From the human T2T-CHM13v2.0 reference genome, Homo sapiens: a stretch of 64,000 nucleotides of DNA. The notes below the pieces were generated by a model. That model did no database searches. It was not told where the DNA came from and saw only the letters and a list, made by a program, of their open reading frames with translations. Position numbers and translations under genes: made by a program. Numbering within the stretch: the first letter of the stretch is position 1; the number at the start of each line of letters is the position of its first letter. The DNA lies in assembly GCF_009914755.1 (NCBI RefSeq), contig NC_060926.1. One strand, given 5' to 3'. This document shows, piece by piece, positions 28,400-41,307 of the stretch.

Positions 28400-29438
28400 C
28401 TTAGTTTTATATGTTTCCATTAGACTAGCATCAGGTTCCATGTGTGGCTTCAAACATTTTTCTCCTCTATTCCTCAGAGATTTCCACTGTGTGAGCTGTA
28501 GGACACATTTATCATGCAATGTGACCTCTGCTTCTGCGCCTTCATTGGGTGAGTCAGTACAGCGCGGGGTAGAAGTATTTCTGAAAGCCATTTTTATAGT
28601 GGGATGGCTAGAAATAACTTGTGGAGATGACCACATATATATTCAACAAAACCAAAACTGAGTATGTCCCTGACTCAACTTTCCTGTGGCAGAATCCCTA
28701 AAATGCCTGAAGCCACTTCAGCACCACCCAATGTGAGGAAAGTGGTGAAGAAGCTGGAGTGAAAAGAGACAATGGTTTTAACTGATGGCGGCTAAAATAT
28801 ATTACTTTTGTGAATGTTACAAAATATTACCATGGAAGCCCATTGCTGAAACCATTTCCGGGAGTTGGGAAGGGTATTAGTTTCCTACTGCTGTGGTAAT
28901 AAATCACCACAAACTTGGTTTCTTAAACCAACACAAATTTATTACCTTATACAGTTCTGGAGGTCAGAAGTCTGAAATGGGTTTTGCTGGGCTAGAATCA
29001 AGGTGTCAACAGCATTGTGATTCCTCTGCAGGTTCTCTGTGGGAGAATCCATTTCTTTCCCTTTTCCAGTTTCCAGGGGCTGTTTGTGGTCCTTGCCTCG
29101 TGGTCCTCACCTCGTGGTCCTCCTCTCTCTTCAAAGCCACCAGATAGCATCTTCAAATCTTTCTCTCTGACTCTGATCCTCCTCCGTCCCTTCTATAAAG
29201 GTCTTTGTGATTACAGATAGGCCACAGGCTTATCCCTCATCTCAGGATCCTTAAATTTAATTATATTTGCAAATCTGCAAGCCCCTTTTACCATGTAAGA
29301 TAACATATTCACCGGTTCTGGATACTAGAACATGGACATCTTTGGGGGGCCATTATTCAGCCTACCACAGGACAAGTGCAGGGCCCTGAAACTAATGAAG
29401 CTTTTTTTTTTTTAAGTTTCACAGTAAATCTGCCTCTG
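28400..29438 (-). mobile_element. hAT-Tip100 Zaphod/MER115-like DNA transposon fossil, split by an MLT1
   Basis: Reverse complement begins cagaggcagatttactgtgaaac...ttcagggccctgcacttg and continues left of the MLT1 (aaaagtaatatattttagccgcc...tgtctcttttcactcc). Left boundary uncertain. Confidence 0.7.
28873..29369 (-). mobile_element. MaLR solo LTR (MLT1B/C-like)
   Basis: gtattagtttcct...cagttctggaggtcagaagtctgaa...gggggccattattcagcctaccaca. Confidence 0.9.
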
Positions 29439-29934
29439 TCCTTCAGTAAGATTTAAAAAGTTTTAAAATATAGGTACTATATGGTCCTTGTTAAATATGC
29501 TTTTAAATACTTGGTTTATATTGTTCCAGTTATGAAAAGCGTTTCCCATTTCCATTTCTAGATGGTTATGGTGGTATAGAGAAGTTACTAATTTTTATAT
29601 GTTCCTTCTGTATTAAAAAGATGTAGTCCATTTCATTATTAATTCTAGTGTTTTTTACTAGAATCAAACATTTTCTAGCTATATAATTATATCATCAACA
29701 AAAATATTGTTCCATTTTCCCTTACCAATTATTTTATTTATTTTTTCTTATTGTGCTCACAGTCTGCACTCAATGCCCAGGCTTTACTGAAATATTTTAT
29801 TACTTTAGTTCCAGATTATTATTAGATTTTTAAATAGCAGCATGTCTCATCTATTTCAAGAATTCTTATTTAGCGCTTACATTACAAATTTTTGTCAATC
29901 TGTTATTATCTAAATGAATAATTATAAACTATGT

Positions 29935-30150
29935 CAGTGGTTCTTAACTCGGGCTGATTTTTTCCCCTAGGGAACATCTGACAATATCTGGAGACATTTC
30001 AGATTTTCACAACTGGAAAGGGGAGATGCTACTGAAATCTAGTGAATAGAAGGCAGAGATGCTGCTAAACACCCCACAATAGACAGCCCACCCCTTCTCT
30101 TCCCTAATAAGTAATTATCTGATCCATTATGCCAAGGTTAAGAAATACCT
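29935..30150. mobile_element. MER20 (hAT-Charlie)
   Basis: cagtggttcttaac...ctggagacattt...gatgctgctaaaca...gccaaggttaagaaa. Confidence 0.85.
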
Positions 30151-30879
30151 AACTAAGTGTATTACGAGGCTTGCTGCTTACCTGTGTCCCTCTCTTCTTC
30201 ATTTTCTCATATCTTCAGGTTGTCTTTCAACATGTGTGTGTTGTTTTTTTAAGTGTACTATCTTTAATATTTTTCCTTATGTGTCTTATGTTGATGATAT
30301 GTTCTCTGTATTCTTATATATATGCAAAGCATCTTTATTATGGTTGACAAGTGAATGATATAATTTTTTCCATTGTAAATAACTACAGTTTTAAAGATAT
30401 CTTGGCTAAGTATAGGATTTTTGAATTATATTACTTCCCAGTGTTGTGTCAATGTTGTATTCTTTCTATTTTCCAGTGTTGCTGGTATCAATCTGATTTT
30501 TTCCTTTTCTTTATTAAAAACTTGCTTTTTAGCTCCTTAGTTGGTTATGTATTTCTTTTTATCCTTGAAACTTTAGACATTTATTAGCATATGCTTAGGT
30601 TTATCTCTTTCCTTCCTTCCTTCAATTCTTTCCTTCTTCCCTCCATCCCTCCCATCCTTTCTATCAGTGAACTCTTTTAAGTGCAGACTTGAATGTTTTC
30701 TTGTTCCAGAGAGAGTTGCTTCTTTTATTTCTTGAATTATCGCCCCTCTTCTCTACTTTAATTTTTTGATTATTGACATTTTAGGCCTCCTCAATCTCTT
30801 CTCCAAGTTTCTAAACTTTCCCCTCATGATTTCTTTTTGTATTTTTTCCTTTGAGCCAAACAAACCCTTTAAACTTCTA

Positions 30880-31388
30880 AAAATTGAGATATTATTTACA
30901 TATAGTGAAATGTGCAGATTTTAAATGTACAGATTTGTAAGTTTTGACAAATGGATACACTCAATGTAACTCACACTCTGAGAAGATACAGAACATTCTT
31001 ATCATACCAGAAAGATTCCTCATGTTCCTTCCCAGACATTTCCAAGCCCCCCACCAGACAACCACTCTTCTGATTTCCTTCACCTTAGATTAGTTTTACC
31101 TGTACTAGAATTACATATAAATAGAATCACATTGTACTAACTCTTTTCTATTTTTTTTCTGGGTGTTATGTTTTTTGAAGTTTATTCATGGATGGTGCAT
31201 GTATCAGGAGATTGTTCCTTTTTTTTTTTTTTTTTTTTTTTTGAGACAGCGTTTCGCTCTTGTAGCCCAGGCTGGAGTGCAGTGGCGCCATCTTGGCTCA
31301 CTGCAAGCTCCGTCTTCCGGGTTCACGCCATTCTCCTGCCTCAGCCTCCTGAGTAGCTGGGACTACAGGCGCCCACCACTACGCCTGA

Positions 31389-31438
<50 letters not shown>

Positions 31439-32890
31439 TAGTACAGACGGGGTTTCACCGTGTTAGCCGGGATGGTCTCGATCTCCTAACCTCGTGATCC
31501 GCCCGTCTCGGCCTGCCAAAGTGCTGGGATTCAGACATGAGCCACCGTGCCCGGCCGAGATTGTTCCTTTTTATTGCTGAATAGTTCCATTGTTTGGATA
31601 TATCATGATTTATCATTTCTCCCTATGTAGAATATTAGTTTTTTTTCCATTTATGTACTGCCACAAATAAATTTTCTATGATCATCATTGTGCAAGACTT
31701 TTTGTGTACAAATGCTTTTATTACTCTTGAGTAAATATATGGAAGTAGAATTGCTAGGTCACAGGTTAGGCACATACTTAACTTTATAAAAAAACAGCTA
31801 GACCAATTTCCAAAGCGGTTAGGGAGAATATCAGATGGTATAACCATTAATCTATTTCTCTATTTTTACATCAATTCCACACTGTTGTGATTACTGTAGC
31901 TTTATAATTATTCTCTAAAACAGGAGGATTCTTTTTCAAGATTGTTTGGCTATTCTAGGTTTTTTACATTTCTATATGAATTTTAGAACCAGGTTGTCGA
32001 TTTCTGTAGAAATGCTTGCTGTAAATCTGTAGATTAATATAATAATATTGAGCCTTTTAATCCATGATCAATCATGTTATATTTATTGGCCTCTTATAAT
32101 TTTTATTGCCAGTGTTTTATAGGTTTCAAAGAAATCTTATACATAGTCAAATTTGTCCTTATGCAAATTTTCTTTTGTAAATAGTATTGATTTTAAAATT
32201 TTATTTTCTGATCATTTATTTCTAGTAGATGAAAAAACTGTGGCCACTGACCTTCTACTTTGCAGTCTTGCCAAATTCACTTATTAGGTTTAGTAGATTT
32301 TTTTAAAAAGATGACTTAGTATTTTCTATGTACATGACGATTTAAATGACAAAAGCCACATTTTTACTTCTTGTTTTATAATCTGCATGTCTTTTACTTC
32401 CTTTTCTTGTCTTATTGCACTTGCAAGGATCTCAGTAGTATACCTTCTCCACTCCACCAACCAAGGAAAACGAAGTAGTGAGAGCGGATGCCTTGCTTTA
32501 TGCTTGATCTTATGGGGAAAACTTCTAGTATTTCACCATTAAATATGATATTAGCCATAGACTTTTTGTAGATGTTCTTTATTAGACAGATGAGGAAGTT
32601 TTCTTCTCCTAGCTTTCTGAGATTAAAAAAAATCATGAATGGGGGCTGAAATTCAACAAATACTTTTTCTGCATCTATTGAGGTTGTCATATAATATATT
32701 CTGCTAATATGATGGATTTCATTCATTTATTTTCAAGTATTGAACTAATCTTGCATCTCAGGATAAACTGTATGTAATAATGCCATATTATCCTTACTTC
32801 ATATTTCTGCATTCAATTTGCAAATATTTTGCTAAGGTATTCTTGTGTCTAGTAAATTATATTAGTTTGTAATTTTCTTTTCTTGTTATT
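30880..32890 (-). mobile_element. Ancient L1M 3' part (continues at ~39190 after the L1PA insertion)
   Basis: L1M-type 3'UTR; ORF2 remnant SIDAEKVF...FPIRSSIKQG (32412-32726). Confidence 0.75.
31219..31556 (-). mobile_element. AluY with a (TG)n expansion in the central linker
   Basis: AluY diagnostics (gcaagctccg, ttcacgccattc, gttagccgggatgg); (TG)n at ~31397-31435; TSD gagattgttccttttt. Confidence 0.95.
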
Positions 32891-32959
32891 TATTTTTTTT
32901 ATCACGGATAAAAAACATAACATTGTATTGTATGTATACAATACAATACATTATATGTA

Positions 32960-35900
32960 TTATATTTATTTACTTATTCATTATACTTTAAGTTCTGGGA
33001 TACATGTTTTGAAAAGTGTCTGTTCAGTTCAACCATTGTGGAAGACGGTGTAGCAATTCCTCAAGGATCTAGAACTAGAAATATCATTTGACCCAGCCAT
33101 CCCATTACTGGATATATACCCAAAGGATTATAAATCATGCTGCTATAAAGACACATGCACACATATGTTTATTGCCACACTATTCACAATAGCAAAGACT
33201 TGGAACTAACCCAAATGTCCATCAATGATAGACTGGATTAAGAAAATGTGACACATATACACCATGGAATACTATGCAGCCATAAAAAAGGATGAGCTCA
33301 TGTCCTTTGCAGGGACATGGATGAAGCTGGAAACCATCATTCTCAGCAAACTATCGCAAGGACAGAAAACCAAACACCACATGTTCTCACTCATAGGTGG
33401 GAATTGAACAATGAGAACACTTGGACACAGGACGGGGAACATCACATACTGGGGCCTGTCATGGGGTGGGGGGACAGGGAAGGGATAGAGTTAGGAGATA
33501 TACCTAATGTAAATGACGAGTTAATGGGTGCAGCACACCAACATGGCACACGTATACATACATAACAAACCTGCACATTGCGCACATGTACCCTAGAACT
33601 TAAAGTATAATAATCATAAAAAAAAGAAAAGTGTCTGTTCATATCCTTCACCCACTTTTTGATGGAGTTGTTTGTTTTTTTCTTGTAAATTTGTTGAAGT
33701 TCCTTATAGATTCTGGATATTAGCCCTTTGTCAGATGGATAGATTGCAAAAATTTTCTCCCATTCTGTAGGGTGCCTCTTCACTCTGATGATACTTTCTT
33801 TTGCTGTGCAGAAGTGCTTTAGTTTAATTAGATCCCATCTGACAATTTTGGCTTTTGTTGCAATTGCTTTTGGTGTTTTAATCATGAAGTCTTTGCCTAT
33901 GCCTATGTCATGAATGGTATTGTCTAGGTTTTCTTTTAGGGTATTTTTTTTATAGTTTTAGGTCTTATGTTCAAATCTTTAATCCATCTTGAGTTAATTT
34001 TTGTATAAGGTGTAAGGAAGGGGTCCAGTTTCAGTTTTCTGCATATGGCTAGCCAGTTTTCCCAACACCATTTATTAAATAGGGAATCCTCTCCCCATTG
34101 CTTGTTTTTGTCAGTTTTGTCAAAGATCAGATGGTTGTAGATGTGTGATGTTATTTCTGAGGCCTCGGTTCTGTTCCATTGGTCTATATATCTGTTTTGG
34201 TACCAGTACCATGCTGTTTTGGTTACTGTAGCCTTGCAGTATAGTTTGAAGTTAGGTAGTGTGATGCCTCCAGCTTTGTTCTTTTTGCTTAGGATTGTCT
34301 TGGCTACATGGGCTCTTCTTGGCTTCCATATGAAATTTAAGGTAGTTTTTAAAAAAATTCTGTGAAGAAAGTCAATGGTAGCTTGATAGGAAGAGCATTC
34401 AATCTATAAATTACTTTGGGCGGTATAGCCATTTTCACAATATTGTTTCTTCCTATCCATGAGCATGGAATGTTTTTCCATTTGTTTGTGTCCTCTCATT
34501 TCGTTGAGCAGTAGTTTGTAGTTCTCCTTGAAGAGGTCCTTCACACCCCTTGTAAGTTGTATTCCTAGGTATTTTATTCTCTTTGTAGCAATTGTTAATG
34601 GGAGTTAACTCATGACTTGGCTCTCTGTCTATTATTGGTGTATATGAATGCTTGAGATTTTTGCACATTGATTTTGTATCCTGAGACTGCTGAAGTTGCT
34701 CATCAGCTTAAGGAGTTTTTGGACTGAGATGATGGGGTTTTCTAAATATACAAGCATGTCATCTGCAAACAGAGATAATTTGACTTCCTCTCTTCCTAAT
34801 TGAATATGCTTTATTTCTTTCTCTTGCCTGATTGCTGTGGCTAGAACTTCCAATACTATGTTCAATAGGAGTGCTGAGAGAGGGCATCCTTGTCTTGTGT
34901 TAGTTTTCAAAGGGAATGCTTCTAGCTTTTGCCCATTGAGTATGATATTGGCTATGGGTTTGTTATAAAAAGCTCTTATTATTTTGAGATATGTTCCATC
35001 AATACCTAGTTTATTGAGTGTTTTTAGCATGAAGGGGTGTTGAATTTTATCAAAGGCTTTTTCTGCATCTATTGATATAATCATGTGGTTTTTGTCATTG
35101 GTTCCATTTATGTGATAGATTATGTTTATTGATTTGCATATGTTGCACCAGCCTTATGTCCTAAGGATGAAACTGACTTGATCATGGTGAATAAGATTTT
35201 TAATGTGCTGCTGGGTTTGGTTTGCCAATATTTTATTGAGGATTTTCACATCGATGTTCATCAGGGATATTGGCCTGAAATTTTCTTCTTTTGTTGTGTC
35301 TCTGCTAGGTTTTGGTATCAGGATGATGCTGGCCTCATAAAATGAGTTAGGGAGGAGTTCCTCTTTTTCTATTGTTTAGAATGGTTTTAGAAGGAATGGT
35401 ACCAGCTCCTCTGTACCTCTGGTAGAATTTGGCTGTGAGTCCGTCTGGTCCTTGGGCTTTTTTTGGTTGGTAGGCTATTGATTACTGCCTCAATTTTAGA
35501 ACTTGTTATTGGTCTATTCAGGGATTTGACTTCCTCCTGGTTTAGTCTTGGGAGGGAGTATGTGTCCAGGAATTTATCTATTTCTTCTAAATTTTCTAGT
35601 TTATTTGCACAGAGGTGTTTAAAGTATTCTCTGATGGTAGTTTGTTTTTCTGTGGGATCAGTGGTGATGTCCCCTTTATCATTTTTTATTGTGTCTATTT
35701 GATTCTTCTCTCTTCTCTTCTTTATTAGTCTGGCTAGTGGTCTATCTATTTTATTAATCTTTTCCAAAAACCACCTCCTGTACTTTTTGAGTTATTGAGG
35801 AGTTTTTCATGTCTCTATGTCCTTCAGCTCTGCTCTGATCCTAGTTATTTCTTGTCTTCTGCTAGCTTTTGAATTTGTTTGCTCTTCCTTCTCTTGTTCT

Positions 35901-38900
35901 TTAATTGTGATGTTAGGGTGTCAATTTTAGATCTTTCCTGCTTTAGAGGGAAATTTGCAATAAATTTCCCTCTAAACACTGCTTTAGTTGTGTCCCAGAG
36001 AATCTGGTATGTTGTGTCTTTGTTCTCTTTGGTTTCAAATAACTTATTTATTTCTGCCTTCATTTCATTATTTACCCAGTAGTCATTCAGGTGTTCCGTT
36101 TCCATGTAGTTGTGCGGTTTTGAGTGAGTTTCTTAATCCTGAGTTCTAATTTGATTGGACTGTGGTCTGAGAAACTGTTAGTTATGATTTCCACTCTTTT
36201 GCATGTGCTGAGGAGTGTTTTACTTCCAATCATGTGGTCAGTTTTAGAATGAGTGCGACGTGGTGCTGAGAAGAATGTATATTCTGTTGATTTGGAGTGG
36301 AGAAGTTCTGTAGATGTCTATTAGTTCCACTTGGTCCCACTATTATTGTGTGGGAGTCTAAGTTTCTTTGTAGGTCTCTAAGCACTTACTTTATGAATCT
36401 GGGTGCTCCTGTATTGGGTGCATGTATATTTAGGATAGTTAGCTCTTCTTGTTGCATCAATCCCTTTACCATTATGTAATGCCCTTCTTTGTCTTTTTTG
36501 ATCTTTGTTGGTTTAAAGTCTGTTTTATCAGAGACTAGGATTGCAACCCCTGCTTTATTTTACTTTGATTTGCTTGGTAAATGTTCCTCCATCTCTTTAT
36601 TTTGAGCCTATATGTGTCTTTTCACATGAGATGGGTCTCCTGAATACAGCACACTGATGGGTCTTGACTCTTTATCCAATTTCCGGTCTGTGTCGTTTAA
36701 TTGGGGCATTAGCCCATTGACATTTAAGGTTAACATTGTTATCTGTGAATTTGATCCTGTCATTATGATGCTAGCTGGTTATTTTGCATATTAGTTGATG
36801 CAGTTTATTCATAGTGTCAATAGCGTTTACACTTTGGTATGTTTTTGCAGTGGCTGATACCGGTTTTTCCTTTCCATATTTAGTGCTTCCTTCAGGAGCT
36901 CTTGTATGGCAGGCCTGGTAGTGACAAAATCTCTCAGCATTTGTTTGTCTGTAAAGGATTTTATTTCTCCTTAACTTATGGAGCTTAGCTTGGCTGGATA
37001 TGAAATTCTAGGTTGAAAATTCTTTTCTATAAGAATGTTGAATATTGGCCTCCACTCTCTTCTGGCTTGTAGGGTTTCTGCAGATAGATTAGCTCTTAGT
37101 CTGATGGGCTTCCCTTTGTGGGTAACCCAACATTTCTCTCTGGCTGCCCTTAACATTTTTTTCCTTCATTTCAACCTTGGTAAATCTGATGATTATGTAT
37201 CTTGGGGTTGAGCTTCTTGAGGAGTATCTTTGTGGTGTTCTCTATATTTCCTGAATTTGAATGTTGGCCTGTCTTGCTAGGTTCGGGAAGTTCTCCTGGA
37301 TAATACCCTGAAGTGTGTTTTCCAACTTGATTCCATTCTCCCCATCACTTTCAGGTGCACCAATCAAACGTAGGTTTGGTCTTTTCACATAGTCCCATAT
37401 TTCTTGGAGGCTTTGTTCATTCCTTTTCATTCTGTTTTCTCTAATCTTGTCTTTGTGCTTTATTTCATTAAGCTGATCTTCAGTCTCTGATATCTTTTCT
37501 TCCAATTGATTGATTCAGCTGTTGATACTTTTGTATGCTTCACAAAGTTCTCGTGCTGTGTTTTTCAGCTTCATCACATCAGTTATGTTCTTCTCTAAAT
37601 TGGTTATTCTAGTTAGCAGTTCCTGTAACCTTTTATCACGGTTCTTGGCTTCTTTGCATTGGGTTAGAACATGCTCCTTTAGCTTGGAGGAGTTTGCTAT
37701 TACTTACCTTTTGTAGCCTACTTCTGTCAATTCGTCAAACTCATTCTCTGTCCAGTTTTGTTCCCTTGCTGGCAAGGAGTTGTGATCCTTTGTAGAAGAG
37801 GCATTCTAGTTTTTGCAATTTTCAGCCTTTTTGCATGGGTTTTTCCTCATCTTCGTGGATTTATCTACCTTTAGTCTTTGATGTTGATGGCCTTCTGATA
37901 GGGTTTTTGCGTGGTTGTCCTTTTTGTTAATATTGATGCTATTGCTTTCTGTTTGTTAGTTTTCCTTGTAATGGTCAGGCCCCTCTTCTGCAGGTCTGCT
38001 GGAGTTTGCTGGAGGTGCACTCCAGACGCTGTTTGCCTGGATATCACCAGTAGAGGCTGCAGAACAGCAAAGATAGCTGCCTGCTACTTCTTCTGGAAGC
38101 TTTGTCCCAGAGGGGTACCCACCAGATGCCAGCCCAAGCTCTCCTGTATGAGGTGTCTGTTGACCCCTGCTGGGAGGTGTCTCCCAGTCAGGAGGCATGG
38201 GTTTCAGGGACCCACTTGAGGAGGCAGTCTGTCCCTTAGCAGAGCTTGAGCACTGTGATGGGAGATCCACTGCTCTCTTCAGAGTTGGCAGGCAAGAACG
38301 TTTAAGTCTGCTGAAGCTGCTCCCATAGCTACTCCTTCCCCCAGGTGCTCTGTCTCAGGGAGACGGGAGTTTTATCTATAAGTCCCTGACTGGGGCTGAT
38401 GCCTTTCTCTCAGAGATGCCCTGCCCATAGAGGAGGAATCTGGAGAGGCAGTCTGGCTAGTGCGGCTTCAAGGTGCTGCAGTGGGCTCAGCCCAGTCCGA
38501 ACTTCCCTGCAGCTTTGTTTACACTGTGAGGGGAAAACCACCTACTTAAGCTTCAGTGATGATGGATGCCTCTCCCTCCACCTAGCTCAAGCGTCCCAGG
38601 TTGACTTTAGACTGCTGTGCTGGCAGCCAGAATTTCAAGCTAGTGGAGCTTAGCTTGCCAGGCTTCTTGGGGGTGGGATCTGCTGAGCAAGACCACTTGG
38701 CTCCCTGGCTTCAGCCCCCTTACCAAGGGAGTGAAAAGTTCTGTCTTGCTGGCGTTCCAGGCACCACTGGGGTAGGAAAAAAACCTGCAGCTAGCTCGGT
38801 GTCTGCCCAAACGGCCGCCCAGTTTTGTGCTTGAAACACAGGGTCCTGGTGGTGTAGGCACTCGAGGGAATCTCTTGGTCTGTGGGTTGCGAAGACCATG

Positions 38901-39186
38901 GGAAAAGTGTAGTATCTAGGCTGGATAGCACCGTCCCTCATGGCACAATCCCTCACAGCTTTCCTTGGATAAGGGAGGGGGTTCCCAAACCCCTTGCACT
39001 TCCCCTGGTGAGGCGATGCCCCACCCCGCTTCTGCTAGCCCTCCGTGGGCTGCACCCACTTTCTACTCAGTCCCAATGAGATGAACCGGGTACCTCAGTT
39101 GGAAATGCAGAAATCACCTGCCTTCTGTGTTGGTCTCGCTGGGAGTTGCAGACCAGAACTGTCCCTATTCTTCCATCTTGTCCAGG
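32960..39186 (-). mobile_element. Near full-length L1PA7/8-like element (5'UTR, ORF1, ORF2; inactivated)
   Basis: 5' end reverse complement caagatggaagaatagggacagttctggtctgcaactcccagcgagacc; ORF1 fragments (EIWDYVKRPNLRLIG, GKPIRLRANLSAETLQARREW); ORF2 RT ([15 protein letters not shown]); stops and frameshifts throughout. Confidence 0.96.
33027..33625 (+). mobile_element. Younger 5'-truncated L1PA (~600 bp 3' end) inserted antisense into the L1PA7/8
   Basis: Ends ccctagaacttaaagtataataa plus A-tail; 16-bp TSD GAAAAGTGTCTGTTCA at 33011-33026 and 33626-33641. Confidence 0.93.
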
Positions 39187-39910
39187 AATTTGTTTGTTTT
39201 ATGTTTAATCTGGTTTTGGTATTGGTGGAATGCTGACCTCATAAAATGACTTGAAAGTTGTTTCTTCTCTAATTTCTGGCTGAGTTTGTGTACAATTGGT
39301 ATATATTTTTCTCAAATGGTTCATAGCATTTATTGAGGAAGCCACATGGACCTGGAATTATCTTCGAGGGGAAGTGTTTAGTAATAAATTTCTTAAGAGT
39401 ACAGGGCTTTTCAGACTTTTAAATTTACTCTTGTGTCAGTTTTAGTAATTTGCACCTTTCTAAGGATATGTCCTTTTCAATTAATTTTTAAATTTATTAT
39501 CATACAATTATTTGTGATATTTCATTATTATTCTTTTAATGTGTGTAGTATTTATAGTAATGTCCCTATTTTATTTATAATATTGGTAATTTGGGTTTTT
39601 TTCTTCTCTGTTTTTGTCTTGCTACTGATTTATTAATTTTGTTGCTCTTTCAAAATACCAGCATTTGGTTTAATTATATTTTATATTATTTGTCTGTCTT
39701 CTATTTCATTACACTATTATTTTCTTTTTTATACTTTTTTATTTTCTAGCTACTGAGTTCTTGGTTGACCTTTTTAAAAGCACATAAAAATATAATTCCA
39801 TTGTTTTTTAGCCAAAGTTTCTGACAAGAAATCTCTGTTCCTTATCTTGGTACATCTGTAAGCAATGTATCTTTTTTTAATGGATGCTTTTAAGGTTTTA
39901 TTATTATTAA

Positions 39911-40207
<297 letters not shown>

Positions 40208-40367
40208 TAAGGGTTTTTTCTCTCTTTATCACTGGTTTTCAACAATTTGATTATGATGTACTCAGTGGTTTTCTTTGTGTTTATTCTGCTTAGGGTTCAA
40301 TGAGCTTCCAGGGTCTCTGAGTTTATATTTTTCATCATTAAGAAAAATTTTGGCGATATTTCCTTAA

Positions 40368-40667
40368 TTTTTTTTTTTTTTGCCAGAGTCTTCCCTGTTG
40401 CTCAGGCTGGAAGGCTGGAGTGTAGTGGCATGATCCTAGCTCACTGCAACCTTGAACTTCTGGGCTCAAGTGATCTTCTACCTTAGCATTCTATGTAGCT
40501 GGGACCACTGGCATGCATCACCACGCCCAGCTAATTTTTTCATTTTTTGTGGAGATGAGGTCTTGCCATGTTGCCCAGGCTGGTCTCAGTCTCCTGGACT
40601 CAAGTGATCCTCCTCCCTCAGCTTCCCAAAGTGTTGGGATTATAGGCATAAGGCACTACACTTGGCC
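40368..40667 (-). mobile_element. AluJ
   Basis: Diverged Alu with a small duplication aggctggaaggctgga. Confidence 0.9.
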
Positions 40668-40886
40668 CCTTAATTTATTTTTCTTTTCATCTCTCTTCCT
40701 TGGACTTTAATTACATGTATTTTAGACATTGACATACTGCTTGACATTGTCTCACAGGTTATTGCATTATTTTACAATCTTTTTTCTTTGTGAGCTTCAT
40801 TTCTGGATAATTTCTGTCAATATATCTTCAAGTTTATTGGTCATTTATTTTCCATTATCTGATCTGCTATTAATCCTTTCCGGTGA

Positions 40887-41307
<421 letters not shown>

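Noticed and set aside
28717-28737. TTCAGCACCAC resembling a REST/RE1 site
   Set aside because: Only the left half-site matches (no GGACAG half) and it lies in a transposon fossil.
33011-33641. Twin-priming 5' inversion of a single L1
   Set aside because: The inverted piece has its own poly(A) and TSD, and the host keeps a separate 3' terminus at ~32980, which indicates two elements.
33442-37505. Reverse transcriptase and ORF1-like ORFs as an active or novel retroelement system
   Set aside because: Ordinary L1 fragments broken by stops, frameshifts and deletions.
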